Positions 43,546 through 51,840 of a stretch of DNA of 64,000 nt are shown here, piece by piece. The first letter of the stretch is position 1. The number at the start of each line of letters is the position of its first letter. Source of the stretch: a virus (taxonomy: Duplodnaviria; Caudoviricetes); IMG/VR virus record IMGVR_UViG_3300021400_001324, positions 13,830 through 77,829 of that record; one strand, 5' to 3'. The notes below the pieces were generated by a model. The model had not been told where the DNA came from. It saw only the letters and a list, made by a program, of their open reading frames with translations, and searched no databases. The position numbers and the translations under genes were made by a program.

Positions 43546-43742
43546 AAATTTATTTGCTGGTTTTATCACCAATACAAATCAGCCACGGAAGCATTCCTGA
43601 GAGATCCCTGATGTAATTCAAATCTGAGTAAGGTCCGATGGTTTGGAACTATTCCGGATAATGTTCCATTCAGGAGAGATAACTGTTGAGATCACAACAT
43701 GAATCAATGAGCAGTACACTCCATATCAAATTGCTCATATAT

Positions 43743-43813
43743 GGCCCTGTAGTTTAGAAGCAGAACGCAAGATTTTCATTCTTGAGAACACGGAGCGTTA
43801 CCGTGCTGGGCTA
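43743..43813 (+). tRNA. tRNA-Glu(UUC) with a non-canonical T loop
   Basis: GGCCCTG/CTGGGCT, CAAGA-TT-TTC-AT-TCTTG, CACGG-AGCGTTA-CCGTG. Confidence 0.75.
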
Positions 43814-43887
43814 CTTTAATACAAAACTTCACCAACTATTCAGCGATTTGGAAGTTTATGCAAGTTGAGGTTTTTGTATTTAATATA

Positions 43888-43961
43888 TGCGGGGTGGAGC
43901 AGTGGTCAGCTCGTCTGTCTCATAAGCAGAAGGTCGTCAGTTCGAATCTGACCCCACGCAA
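43888..43961 (+). tRNA. tRNA-Met(CAU) on an initiator-like scaffold
   Basis: TGCGGGGTGGAGCAG start, TCTGT-CT-CAT-AA-GCAGA; lacks the three G-C anticodon-stem pairs; bulged A in the acceptor stem. Confidence 0.85.
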
Positions 43962-43972
43962 CTTTTAAACAT

Positions 43973-44095
43973 GGGATTCTACACGAATTATTCTTTTAAG
44001 TAGATGCATATGCTTACTAGAGTATTGGGTGGTTTTAGATTTTGAAACTGCAGATATTCAAAATCTATTAGGAGGTTCGAGTCCTCTGTTTCCCT
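43973..44095 (+). ncRNA. tRNA-Cys(GCA)-like RNA with an enlarged D arm and about 12-bp anticodon stem
   Basis: GGGATTC/GTTTCCC plus U73; loop CT-GCA-GA; T arm GGAGG-TTCGAGT-CCTCT. Confidence 0.6.
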
Positions 44096-44211
44096 CAAAT
44101 TGGAATTTATTTAATAGAAATGTAATTCTTGGTAGTGTAAGTAGGGTTCGATTCCTGTAAATAGTAACTTACTATATTTTTATTAAATATCTAGCTAGAA
44201 TTCCAATTCTA

Positions 44212-44937
44212 GATCTCGTAGCTCAGCTGGTTTTTAGAGCACCACACTTTGATTTAAGAGTGCTATGGCGAGAAATCCCATAGTAGAATCACCCAAATTC
44301 GGTGAAAATCCTTTTCTGAATAAATGGCACATGATGCAAACTGGTTATACCTTAAGGAGTGCCAGCACTAACCAATAATGTGTAAGGACAATACCGAGCG
44401 AAAATAAGTTTAAATTTGTATGAATACATGTACGTAATACAAATGACCATTGCAACAGATAAGCACTAACAACAATGGGGGTAGTGCAACTTATAATCGT
44501 GTAGAGACTGAACGGGTGATACCTAAGTTGAAATTGATATCCATATTAAGCATTGATAGTGATGCTGCCTCGAAAGGGTGAAACAAAGTGCAAATCTTTG
44601 AATATGAATCTTGCAAGAATTTCAATATGGTAAAGAGACAGTGAGGTTTAACCTCCACTAACTAATGTTAGACTATAACAAATGCGATAGTATAGAGCTG
44701 TCACGGCTGTTCGGCTGATACAAACCGAATAATAAATGTGTAAAAGTTGATTTGTTTCAAACTATCGGTGATATCTTATTTGATTATAGTAATATTAGTT
44801 AGTGCCAGACCACAACAAATGACCCTACCCAATGGGTGAATGTCAGGGTGGGAAGGAACATTCTCAATCATTTGGCTATGGTAACATAGAGTGGTAGGTT
44901 AATGTGGGAGTCCTGGGTTCGAATCCCAGCGGGATCA
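44212..44937 (+). tRNA. tRNA-Lys(UUU) interrupted after U34 by a 649-nt group I intron
   Basis: GATCTCG/CGGGATC acceptor; CCACA-CT-T|TT-AA-TGTGG after removing 44250-44898; CTGGG-TTCGAAT-CCCAG. Confidence 0.9.
44250..44898 (+). ncRNA. Group I intron without an ORF; P7 interrupted by a nested insert
   Basis: IGS TTAA-GAGTG pairs both exons with G.U at the splice site; P3 ATCACCC/GGGTGAT; P4 TTCGGT/ACCGAG; R GTAGAGACTG; S AAAGAGACAGT|CC; terminal G. Confidence 0.87.
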
Positions 44938-45093
44938 CTAAGCAGATTATCTGTATCGGGCACCGACCCTAAGGTACATACGGATACAGATGGTGAGTAA
45001 TAGAGTTCGAGGATTGTTAGTGAAATAGACTTTGAAGCTGCAATACGTGCTGAACCATGAGCGGTCGGAACGTCTCTATTAAATCTGTTTTTC

Positions 45094-45175
45094 GCGGTTG
45101 TGCTGTAACTGGTAGCCAGGTCTGGTTTAGGCCCAGATGTCGAAAGGCGTGGGGGTTCGAGTCCCTTCAACCGCA
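45094..45175 (+). tRNA. tRNA-Leu(UAG)
   Basis: GCGGTTG/CAACCGC, TCTGG-TT-TAG-GC-CCAGA, long variable arm. Confidence 0.92.
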
Positions 45176-45203
45176 CATTTAATAACAATTAATTTATTTA
45201 ATT

Positions 45204-45647
45204 ATGCACAAAGTAGTTTATAATGCTTGTTATGGAGGATTTGGTTTAAGTGCAAAAGCAATAGCTTACATTCTCCGACAGAATAAACCAGATGTTAAGC
45301 TATTCTTTTATAAGCAAGATTTTGAAAACTGGGATTGGCACTATACAAAATGTAATGAAGCTGAAGCTACTCACGTTTTTCTAAAAGACTTTGGAGACGA
45401 GTTTTATTATGCGCAAGTGAATCAAGTACAATTCAACGACAATGTTGTTTATGATTCACAAGTCTATAAAAATCGTCACGATCCTCGCTTAATTAAGGCA
45501 GTTGAAGAACTCGGAGAAGAAGTTAATAGTGATTATTCAGAACTTCGTATTGCTGAAATTGAATCTGATGTTTACATTATCCGAGAATATGACGGTTTGG
45601 AAAAAGTAGTAACTCCAGAGGATATAAATTGGATTAAAATTGAATAA
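45204..45647 (+). CDS. Conserved phage hypothetical protein
   Basis: KVVYNACYGGFGLS...RHDPRLIKAVEELG. Confidence 0.8.
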   Translation: MHKVVYNACYGGFGLSAKAIAYILRQNKPDVKLFFYKQDFENWDWHYTKCNEAEATHVFLKDFGDEFYYAQVNQVQFNDNVVYDSQVYKNRHDPRLIKAVEELGEEVNSDYSELRIAEIESDVYIIREYDGLEKVVTPEDINWIKIE

Positions 45648-45708
45648 CTATAAATTACTTCATAATCTAAAGTAGACCTAAGCATGTCTTAAAACTGCTT
45701 AAATTACT

Positions 45709-46275
45709 ATGTTAGTATATGCACATTCTATAAACGATGTTAATAACATCTTAAAGAAAGATAGTAATCCGTTAAGAAAATGGATTAACGAAATATTTTT
45801 GGATAAGTCTAGTAAAAATTTAAGAAGAAAGAATCAAGATATGATTTTAACTAAAGTTTTTACAAAGACTATTCATAATAATACTTATTATGCTACTGTA
45901 TATGGTTGTAAGAAAGGATTACTAATAAACATATTTCTACTTGTATCTTTAGGTAATAAACAAAAAATTTATTTAATAAGCAGTACTGGAAGTTATGTTT
46001 TATTTACTTTTGAACAACATTTTATTAACCGATTTTTAGAAAGAACTCGAAATACTCATTATAATCTGTTAATTGCTTTAACAAGAGAATTTAACGGGTT
46101 TCCTATATTTGCTCACTCTTTAATTTTTTTAAAAGATGGAAGATGGATGTATAAATCTAGAAACGGTTATGCTATTATGGATAAAAATATTTTTATAACT
46201 TTTATTACAGATTTGAGTAATAAACAACAAGAATTATATGATAGTTGTGCACAAAAAGATTTAAGTAGATTCTAA
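45709..46275 (+). CDS. AT-rich hypothetical protein flanked by short direct repeats
   Basis: 188-aa ORF; AAACTGCTTAAATT on both sides. Confidence 0.7.
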   Translation: MLVYAHSINDVNNILKKDSNPLRKWINEIFLDKSSKNLRRKNQDMILTKVFTKTIHNNTYYATVYGCKKGLLINIFLLVSLGNKQKIYLISSTGSYVLFTFEQHFINRFLERTRNTHYNLLIALTREFNGFPIFAHSLIFLKDGRWMYKSRNGYAIMDKNIFITFITDLSNKQQELYDSCAQKDLSRF

Positions 46276-46299
46276 ACTGCTTAAATTTTATTGAAGTAT

Positions 46300-46384
46300 G
46301 GGCCGATGGTGAAATTTGGTAGACACGTTGGATTTAAGCTCCAATTCCTAGTTTGGAGTGAGGGTTCGAGTCCCTCTCGGCCTA
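46300..46384 (+). tRNA. tRNA-Leu(UAA)
   Basis: GGGCCGA/TCGGCCT, TTGGA-TT-TAA-GC-TCCAA, long variable arm. Confidence 0.92.
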
Positions 46385-46712
46385 CTATTTCTAATAAAAA
46401 TATAACACTGAGGCGGACTTTAAACGCAAAACTCCACTAAATTGGTGGGTAGGAATGTGCGAAGTATTAGAGTTGGGAAGGGTCGCTCCCTTGGTAAGTG
46501 TTGTATTTTTTAAAATAATCCTTTTCGGCGTTTACGGTGTAACAGAGCGCTGCGCTTGGTCTATGAGTACCTTGAAAACCGTTAACTGTCGTGTTAGGTA
46601 GAGGAAGCCTAACATTTAAATTGAGGTGGCAATAAAGAGCTGTTTAGCACTAAAGTAAATTTTCATTCATGCTCAGTATCCACCTATACTGAGCTTTTTA
46701 AAATTAAGGATT

Positions 46713-47135
46713 ATGACATCTGAAGAACTATTTGAGAAAGTGTCAGAACTTACGGATAAGACTTTCAAATATAAACCTATCAGTGAAAAAGAAGCTATTG
46801 GTAAAACAATAGAGAAAATCTATACACTTTATAATGGTTGGAATGATAATTATAAAGTAATCACTTTTACTGATAAAACCGCTTTATATTATGAATGTGA
46901 TAAGGATCCAGAAATACATCCTAATTTAGTAAAATCATATGGTGACATAGAAAGTGGTGTTAATGTTTATCTAACTAGTTTTGGAAGTTCACTTTATGAT
47001 GAAGGTCTTTTAAATGATACTACTGAACTTTTAAAAGCTGAGGAACAATATAGATTAGCATTTCTTGAAGAAAATAGACAAGAACAAATTAGAAAACTTA
47101 AAGAAATATTAAAACAACTAGAAAATAACTCCTAA
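46713..47135 (+). CDS. Hypothetical protein (similar architecture to 48122)
   Basis: GKTIEKI...ITFTDKTALY; C-terminal coiled coil. Confidence 0.75.
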   Translation: MTSEELFEKVSELTDKTFKYKPISEKEAIGKTIEKIYTLYNGWNDNYKVITFTDKTALYYECDKDPEIHPNLVKSYGDIESGVNVYLTSFGSSLYDEGLLNDTTELLKAEEQYRLAFLEENRQEQIRKLKEILKQLENNS

Positions 47136-47146
47136 TTACAAATATT

Positions 47147-47590
47147 ATGAATAATATAATTATTTGGCCAACAGAACAAAATGAATTTTTTAAGAATACT
47201 GTAATTGGCAAAACTGTAATCGATATTAAAACGGATAATTATGAATATATTTCGTTTTTATTTAACGATGGGTCTGCAATGCGAATGTATCATTCGCAAA
47301 ATTGTTGTGAATCAGTAATTATTGATGATATTTGTGGAGATCTAGAAGATTTGATTGGAACTCCAATTCTTACTGCAGAATTGCGCACAAATTTTAACGA
47401 TAATCCAAAAGATGAATACGATAATTCGTTTACTTGGTCATTCTATATATTTAGAACTGTAAAAGGAACTGTGGATATTCGCTGGTATGGTACAAGTAAT
47501 GGATATTATTCAGAAGATGTTCATATAGAATATCATCCATCTGATATAATTTACGATAATTGGCAAAAAGACTTTTTCAATAAATATTAA
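47147..47590 (+). CDS. Conserved phage hypothetical protein
   Basis: HSQNCCESV.IDDICGDL...TWSFY...IRWYGTSNGYYSE. Confidence 0.8.
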   Translation: MNNIIIWPTEQNEFFKNTVIGKTVIDIKTDNYEYISFLFNDGSAMRMYHSQNCCESVIIDDICGDLEDLIGTPILTAELRTNFNDNPKDEYDNSFTWSFYIFRTVKGTVDIRWYGTSNGYYSEDVHIEYHPSDIIYDNWQKDFFNKY

Positions 47591-47595
47591 ATACT

Positions 47596-47928
47596 ATGGA
47601 ATATAAACTTTATTTAGTAGAAATTGTAGACTGTCTTGGTCAATGGATACCTAAATACATAGCATTTAGTTTAGCTACGGCTAGGTGTGGAATAAGAAAA
47701 CTTAATGAAAAGTATGGAGGTAGTACAATGTGTTCTATTTATATATATGAATTTGAAGTAGATCCGTTGTTAGAAATTGAACATTGGAGTTACCGGATGA
47801 ACATTCCTTACTATAAAAAGAAACTTATAGAGGTATACAGTCAACGTAATGGTAAATATGAGTTAAATACAGGATTTGAAATTAAAAAACTTAAAAAACA
47901 ATTAGAACAATTAGAAAATGAGTCCTAA
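47596..47928 (+). CDS. Hypothetical protein
   Basis: 110-aa ORF. Confidence 0.65.
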   Translation: MEYKLYLVEIVDCLGQWIPKYIAFSLATARCGIRKLNEKYGGSTMCSIYIYEFEVDPLLEIEHWSYRMNIPYYKKKLIEVYSQRNGKYELNTGFEIKKLKKQLEQLENES

Positions 47929-48118
47929 TTATGTACAAGTAACTTATGATGGAGATGTAAACTTAGAAATATATGTTCATCAAAATACACCATTTGGAGA
48001 ACTTAATCAAAAATCTTCTTTTGCTCTTTCTCCAGATAATGTTGAAAAATTAGCACAATGTTTAAACAAAATTATTAAGGGAGAATCTTTTAGTATGTTA
48101 ATGGATTATAATCTTTAA
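47918..48118 (+). CDS. Hypothetical protein
   Basis: 66-aa ORF. Confidence 0.6.
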   Translation: MSPNYVQVTYDGDVNLEIYVHQNTPFGELNQKSSFALSPDNVEKLAQCLNKIIKGESFSMLMDYNL

Positions 48119-48121
48119 ATT

Positions 48122-48505
48122 ATGGAATCACTACTTAAATACCCTGCAGTTAAAGACATTGAAGGTAAGGTCTTAGATAAAATCATTTTTCGTGAAATGC
48201 GTTTTACTCCGTTAACAATTCTTCTATTTAAGGATAATACAGCTTGTTATATTATTGGATCAACTATTGCCAGTGATCCAGTGATTGTAAATCCTGTATA
48301 TTACAATGACGGAACTGTAAGTATTCTTTATACAGATTTAGGTTTAGAATTAAGTAACTTAGATTTACTAAATAAAGAAATTGTAGAAAGTACTAAAATA
48401 TGTCTTTTAAAACAAGCTCTTACAGAGAAAGCATCAGTAATTGCTGAAATAGAGGAACTTGAAAAGAAAATAAATAAGCTAAAGAGTAGTTACAACATTG
48501 TTTAA
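48122..48505 (+). CDS. Hypothetical protein
   Basis: 127-aa ORF with a C-terminal coiled coil. Confidence 0.7.
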   Translation: MESLLKYPAVKDIEGKVLDKIIFREMRFTPLTILLFKDNTACYIIGSTIASDPVIVNPVYYNDGTVSILYTDLGLELSNLDLLNKEIVESTKICLLKQALTEKASVIAEIEELEKKINKLKSSYNIV

Positions 48506-48519
48506 TTACTTTACAGGTT

Positions 48520-48592
48520 GCCCCAGTAGCTCAGGAGATAGAGCAATTGCCTTCTAAGCAATCGGTCGTGCGTGCAAGTCGTACCTGGGGTA
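48520..48592 (+). tRNA. tRNA-Arg(UCU) with an atypical T loop
   Basis: GCCCCAG/CTGGGGT, ATTGC-CT-TCT-AA-GCAAT, GTGCG-TGCAAGT-CGTAC. Confidence 0.85.
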
Positions 48593-48697
48593 CGAAGTTA
48601 ATATGAATTGACCTTGTAGGTCTTATTTACTTTACTAATGATTAATTGTTAATCATTTTTATTTAAGATGTAAATATTAATTTAAAAATAATGTACT

Positions 48698-49795
48698 ATG
48701 AAAAACCTTAAATATCAAACTTACAAATTAAAATACAAAGATTTTCCTTTAGGATATGATTTCATTAAAAATGTAGATGCATAGCCACAAGACTTACCTT
48801 ATAATCAAAGATATTTTACTACTGTTGCATTAGAAGACGGTACTATATCATTTCATATGGTAGAACAAACTAATACTGATTTGCTTAAATCAATGAGTTA
48901 TTCGTTAGATAATGGCAAAATTTGGAATACTGTATAGAATATTGATAGCGAAGGGGTTGATATAAATGTAAATGTTAGTACAGGAGATAAAATATTATGG
49001 AAAGGCGATGGAATCTCATTATGTATGGATATAAGGGATTCTGAATTAGGACTAGATTTATATGGATCGTTTTTTAGCTCAGAGAGTTAGTTTAATGTAG
49101 AAGGTAATGTAATGTCGTTATTATATGGTGATAATTTTAGTAATAAAACAACATTAAATGTAGGTTTTGAGTTTGCTGATTTATTTTTTGACGGTTGGTA
49201 TAAAGGGAGAAAAACAAACTTGGTTAGTGCAGAAAATTTAATTTTACCAGCAACAACGCTTAGTATAGGTTGTTATGCAGGTATGTTTAACGGTTGTACA
49301 AATCTAATTTTAGCTCCAGAATTACCTGCCACTACACTGGCTCAGAGTTGTTACAGCAGCATGTTTGATGGTTGTAGCAGTTTAACTACAGCACCTGAAT
49401 TGCCTGCTACTACGTTGGATGGAGGTTGTTATGCAGGTATGTTCACTCGTTGTACCAGTTTAACTACAGCACCAGAATTACCAGCAACTACACTTGCATA
49501 TGGTTGTTACCAAGCTATGTTCTAGGATTGTACCAGTTTAACTACAGCACCAGAATTATATGCTAGTACGCTTACTAATGGTTGTTATGATAGGATGTTC
49601 AACGGTTGTACTAAACTAAATTATATTAAAGCAATGTTTATAACCACACCTTCAACTGATTATACAAAAAATTGGGTTAAAGGTATTGCTTCAACAGGCA
49701 CATTCATTAAGAATAGCGCAGCTACATGGAATGTAACTGGTAATAACGGTGTTCCGACAGGTTGGACTGTAGAAACTGCTGATACGACAAATTAA
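48698..49795 (+). CDS. 365-aa LRR protein (APELPATTLA..CY..MF.GC repeats) with 4 in-frame TAG
   Basis: Joins track ORFs 49112 and 49595; one TAG falls inside a repeat (AMF*DCTSLTT). Confidence 0.85.
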
Positions 49796-49873
49796 ATTTT
49801 TTGAATGCGTATGTAGAAAGTAACAAAATACTTCTACATGCGCTTTTTTTCATAAAAAAATTAACTTATTATA

Positions 49874-50386
49874 ATGAAAAAAATAGAAATCGAAATTCCC
49901 GAAGGAAAAGAAGTACAATGGGTAGGTGATACTCTTAAATTAGTAGATATTGAGAAACCTATTACTGAACGTATCAAAACGTTTGAGGATGCTTTTAATT
50001 TATGTTATAATCCTACTTTAATGCAAGAATATGTTAATAACAAAAACGCTAGTGCCGATTTAGTTGCTTATCTAAAACTCCGTATTATTGTTGCCGCTCT
50101 TAATGAAGGTTGGGAACCTAAATTTGAAAAAGGTGTGTATCGTTATTTTCCTTGGTTCTATTTCTGTACTAAAGAAGAGTATAGCAAGTTAAACGATAAA
50201 GAGCATTGTGTTTTTCACTCTAGTAGTAACGTATACTTGCACTACGGCTTTGTGTACTGCAATGCAAATAACCATAGTTCAGGTTCATATCCTGTTGGTG
50301 GTTCGCGACTCGTATTTAAAACTAAAGAACTTGCTGAATACGCAGGTAAGCAATTTATTGATATATATGCAGATTTTTATTTATGA
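49874..50386 (+). CDS. Conserved Bacteroidetes-phage hypothetical protein
   Basis: ERIKTFEDA...LNEGWEP...YFPWF...GSRLVFKTKELAEYAGKQF. Confidence 0.8.
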   Translation: MKKIEIEIPEGKEVQWVGDTLKLVDIEKPITERIKTFEDAFNLCYNPTLMQEYVNNKNASADLVAYLKLRIIVAALNEGWEPKFEKGVYRYFPWFYFCTKEEYSKLNDKEHCVFHSSSNVYLHYGFVYCNANNHSSGSYPVGGSRLVFKTKELAEYAGKQFIDIYADFYL

Positions 50387-50631
50387 AAAAAGAAACTGTT
50401 TATTTAGTTATTTGTAAATACAACAAATCGACATTTGTAGAAAATGTTTACAAAACTCGCAATTCTGCAGTTAAATATATAGCGAATAAAAAGAAAGAAC
50501 TTACTAAATATTGGGAAGAACTTCATAGTGTAATCGATATTATAGAATGGGATGGATATTTAAAAATCTGTTCTAAAACTAGTTCTGATTGTGAAAAATT
50601 TCAAATTATAGAACTTCCATTATACTTATAA
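50383..50631 (+). CDS. Hypothetical protein
   Basis: 82-aa ORF. Confidence 0.65.
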   Translation: MKKETVYLVICKYNKSTFVENVYKTRNSAVKYIANKKKELTKYWEELHSVIDIIEWDGYLKICSKTSSDCEKFQIIELPLYL

Positions 50632-50638
50632 AAAAATT

Positions 50639-51025
50639 ATGCAAGATATTAAAGAACTGAACATTCCAAACGTATGCTTCTCATTAACTAATGATCTTGA
50701 TAAAGATGATAAACGACAAGAAACATTTAAACAACAACGTCTTGAACGTGGGTTTGATGATACCGAAACTTGGAATCTAGATTATACAATTGCTTCGTTT
50801 ATTCTTCCGAGATTAAAACGATTTAAGCAAGTTGCTAATTGTTATCCAGGAAATATGACTCTTGAAGAATGGGAAGATATTCTTGATAAAATGATTGATG
50901 CTTTTGAAATTAAAGCTAAAGAAGACAGTGTATCTTGGACTTTGGAAGAAGAGAAAACTAAATGTCAAAAAATTCAAGAAGGTCTTGATTTATTTGCAAA
51001 GTATTACTTCCATCTTTGGTGGTAA
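50639..51025 (+). CDS. Conserved phage hypothetical protein
   Basis: RLERGFDDTETWNLD.TIA.FILPRL. Confidence 0.75.
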   Translation: MQDIKELNIPNVCFSLTNDLDKDDKRQETFKQQRLERGFDDTETWNLDYTIASFILPRLKRFKQVANCYPGNMTLEEWEDILDKMIDAFEIKAKEDSVSWTLEEEKTKCQKIQEGLDLFAKYYFHLWW

Positions 51026-51033
51026 TACGTTTA

Positions 51034-51118
51034 GGAAGTATGGGTGAGTGGTTTAAACCAGCAGTCTTGAAAATTGCCGTACAGAGATGTACCCCAGGTT
51101 CGAATCCTGGTGCTTCCG
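51034..51118 (+). tRNA. tRNA-Ser(UGA)
   Basis: GGAAGTA/TGCTTCC plus G73, GCAGT-CT-TGA-AA-ATTGC, long variable arm. Confidence 0.92.
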
Positions 51119-51138
51119 CTATTTAAATAATAATAACT

Positions 51139-51354
51139 ATGCCAAAATTAAACATTACTGAAGTAGAGAACGATCTAGAAGTTAAGTTAATTACTGATCC
51201 TAATGAATGGGAACATAGATGTGGTAGTTGTGACAACTTCTGTGATCCTTATGGAGGATATTCTGAATGGGCAGTATGTAAATGTCCATTTGAAGGTAAA
51301 GTACTTGCAGATACCGATTATAGAAAGTTTAATTGTAAGAAATATTGGTCATGA
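51139..51354 (+). CDS. Small Cys-rich hypothetical protein
   Basis: CGSCDNFC...CKCP. Confidence 0.65.
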   Translation: MPKLNITEVENDLEVKLITDPNEWEHRCGSCDNFCDPYGGYSEWAVCKCPFEGKVLADTDYRKFNCKKYWS

Positions 51355-51596
51355 ACATTGGAGATTATATTAGATTTAAAGACAGTAATCATATCTATAG
51401 AGTTAAACGAGACGGTATAGTAGTAAGACCTGTTATTGGTATAAAACGCACTGCTATTCTTGATACAGACAAATTTGAACTCGTAGATGAACCACCTTAT
51501 GTAATTGTTTATGAAACGTGTGGTAAATTATTTATAAGTAAAAACGATGCTCTTCGTTATAGTGATAATCCTATAGAACGTAAAGTATATGGATAA
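51351..51596 (+). CDS. Hypothetical protein
   Basis: MNIGDYIRFK... Confidence 0.6.
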   Translation: MNIGDYIRFKDSNHIYRVKRDGIVVRPVIGIKRTAILDTDKFELVDEPPYVIVYETCGKLFISKNDALRYSDNPIERKVYG

Positions 51597-51840
51597 GGTT
51601 TATATTGTAATTTTAGAATCTAATGAAGGAACTTCTTATGATTGGTATATAATGGGCTGTTATAAGAGTTACAACGATGCTAAATTCTGTCTAAACGAAT
51701 GTGCAGAAATGTGTCTTGAAGCAAACGCAAACGATAATAGTATCATAAACACAGGTAATGAAATTCTAATAAATTTTAACGATAAGAATCATTCTCAAAA
51801 GCTTTATATAGAAGAAAGGATTTGTTATGGCGGCTATTGA
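51589..51840 (+). CDS. Hypothetical protein
   Basis: 83-aa ORF overlapping its neighbours. Confidence 0.65.
   Translation: MDKVYIVILESNEGTSYDWYIMGCYKSYNDAKFCLNECAEMCLEANANDNSIINTGNEILINFNDKNHSQKLYIEERICYGGY

Noticed and set aside
44641-44804. Nested insert as a group II intron or a transposon with target duplication
   Set aside because: It lacks a 3' AY end and domain V, and removing it as an AGTG duplication leaves an extra G in P7
41344-45188. Minus-strand ORFs 41344, 41504, 42383, 42831 and 44868, and plus-strand ORF 41478
   Set aside because: They are shadows of tRNAs, ncRNAs or real genes
13484-50386. Diversity-generating retroelement acting on tail or LRR genes
   Set aside because: No reverse transcriptase and no TR/VR pair differing at adenines was seen in this window
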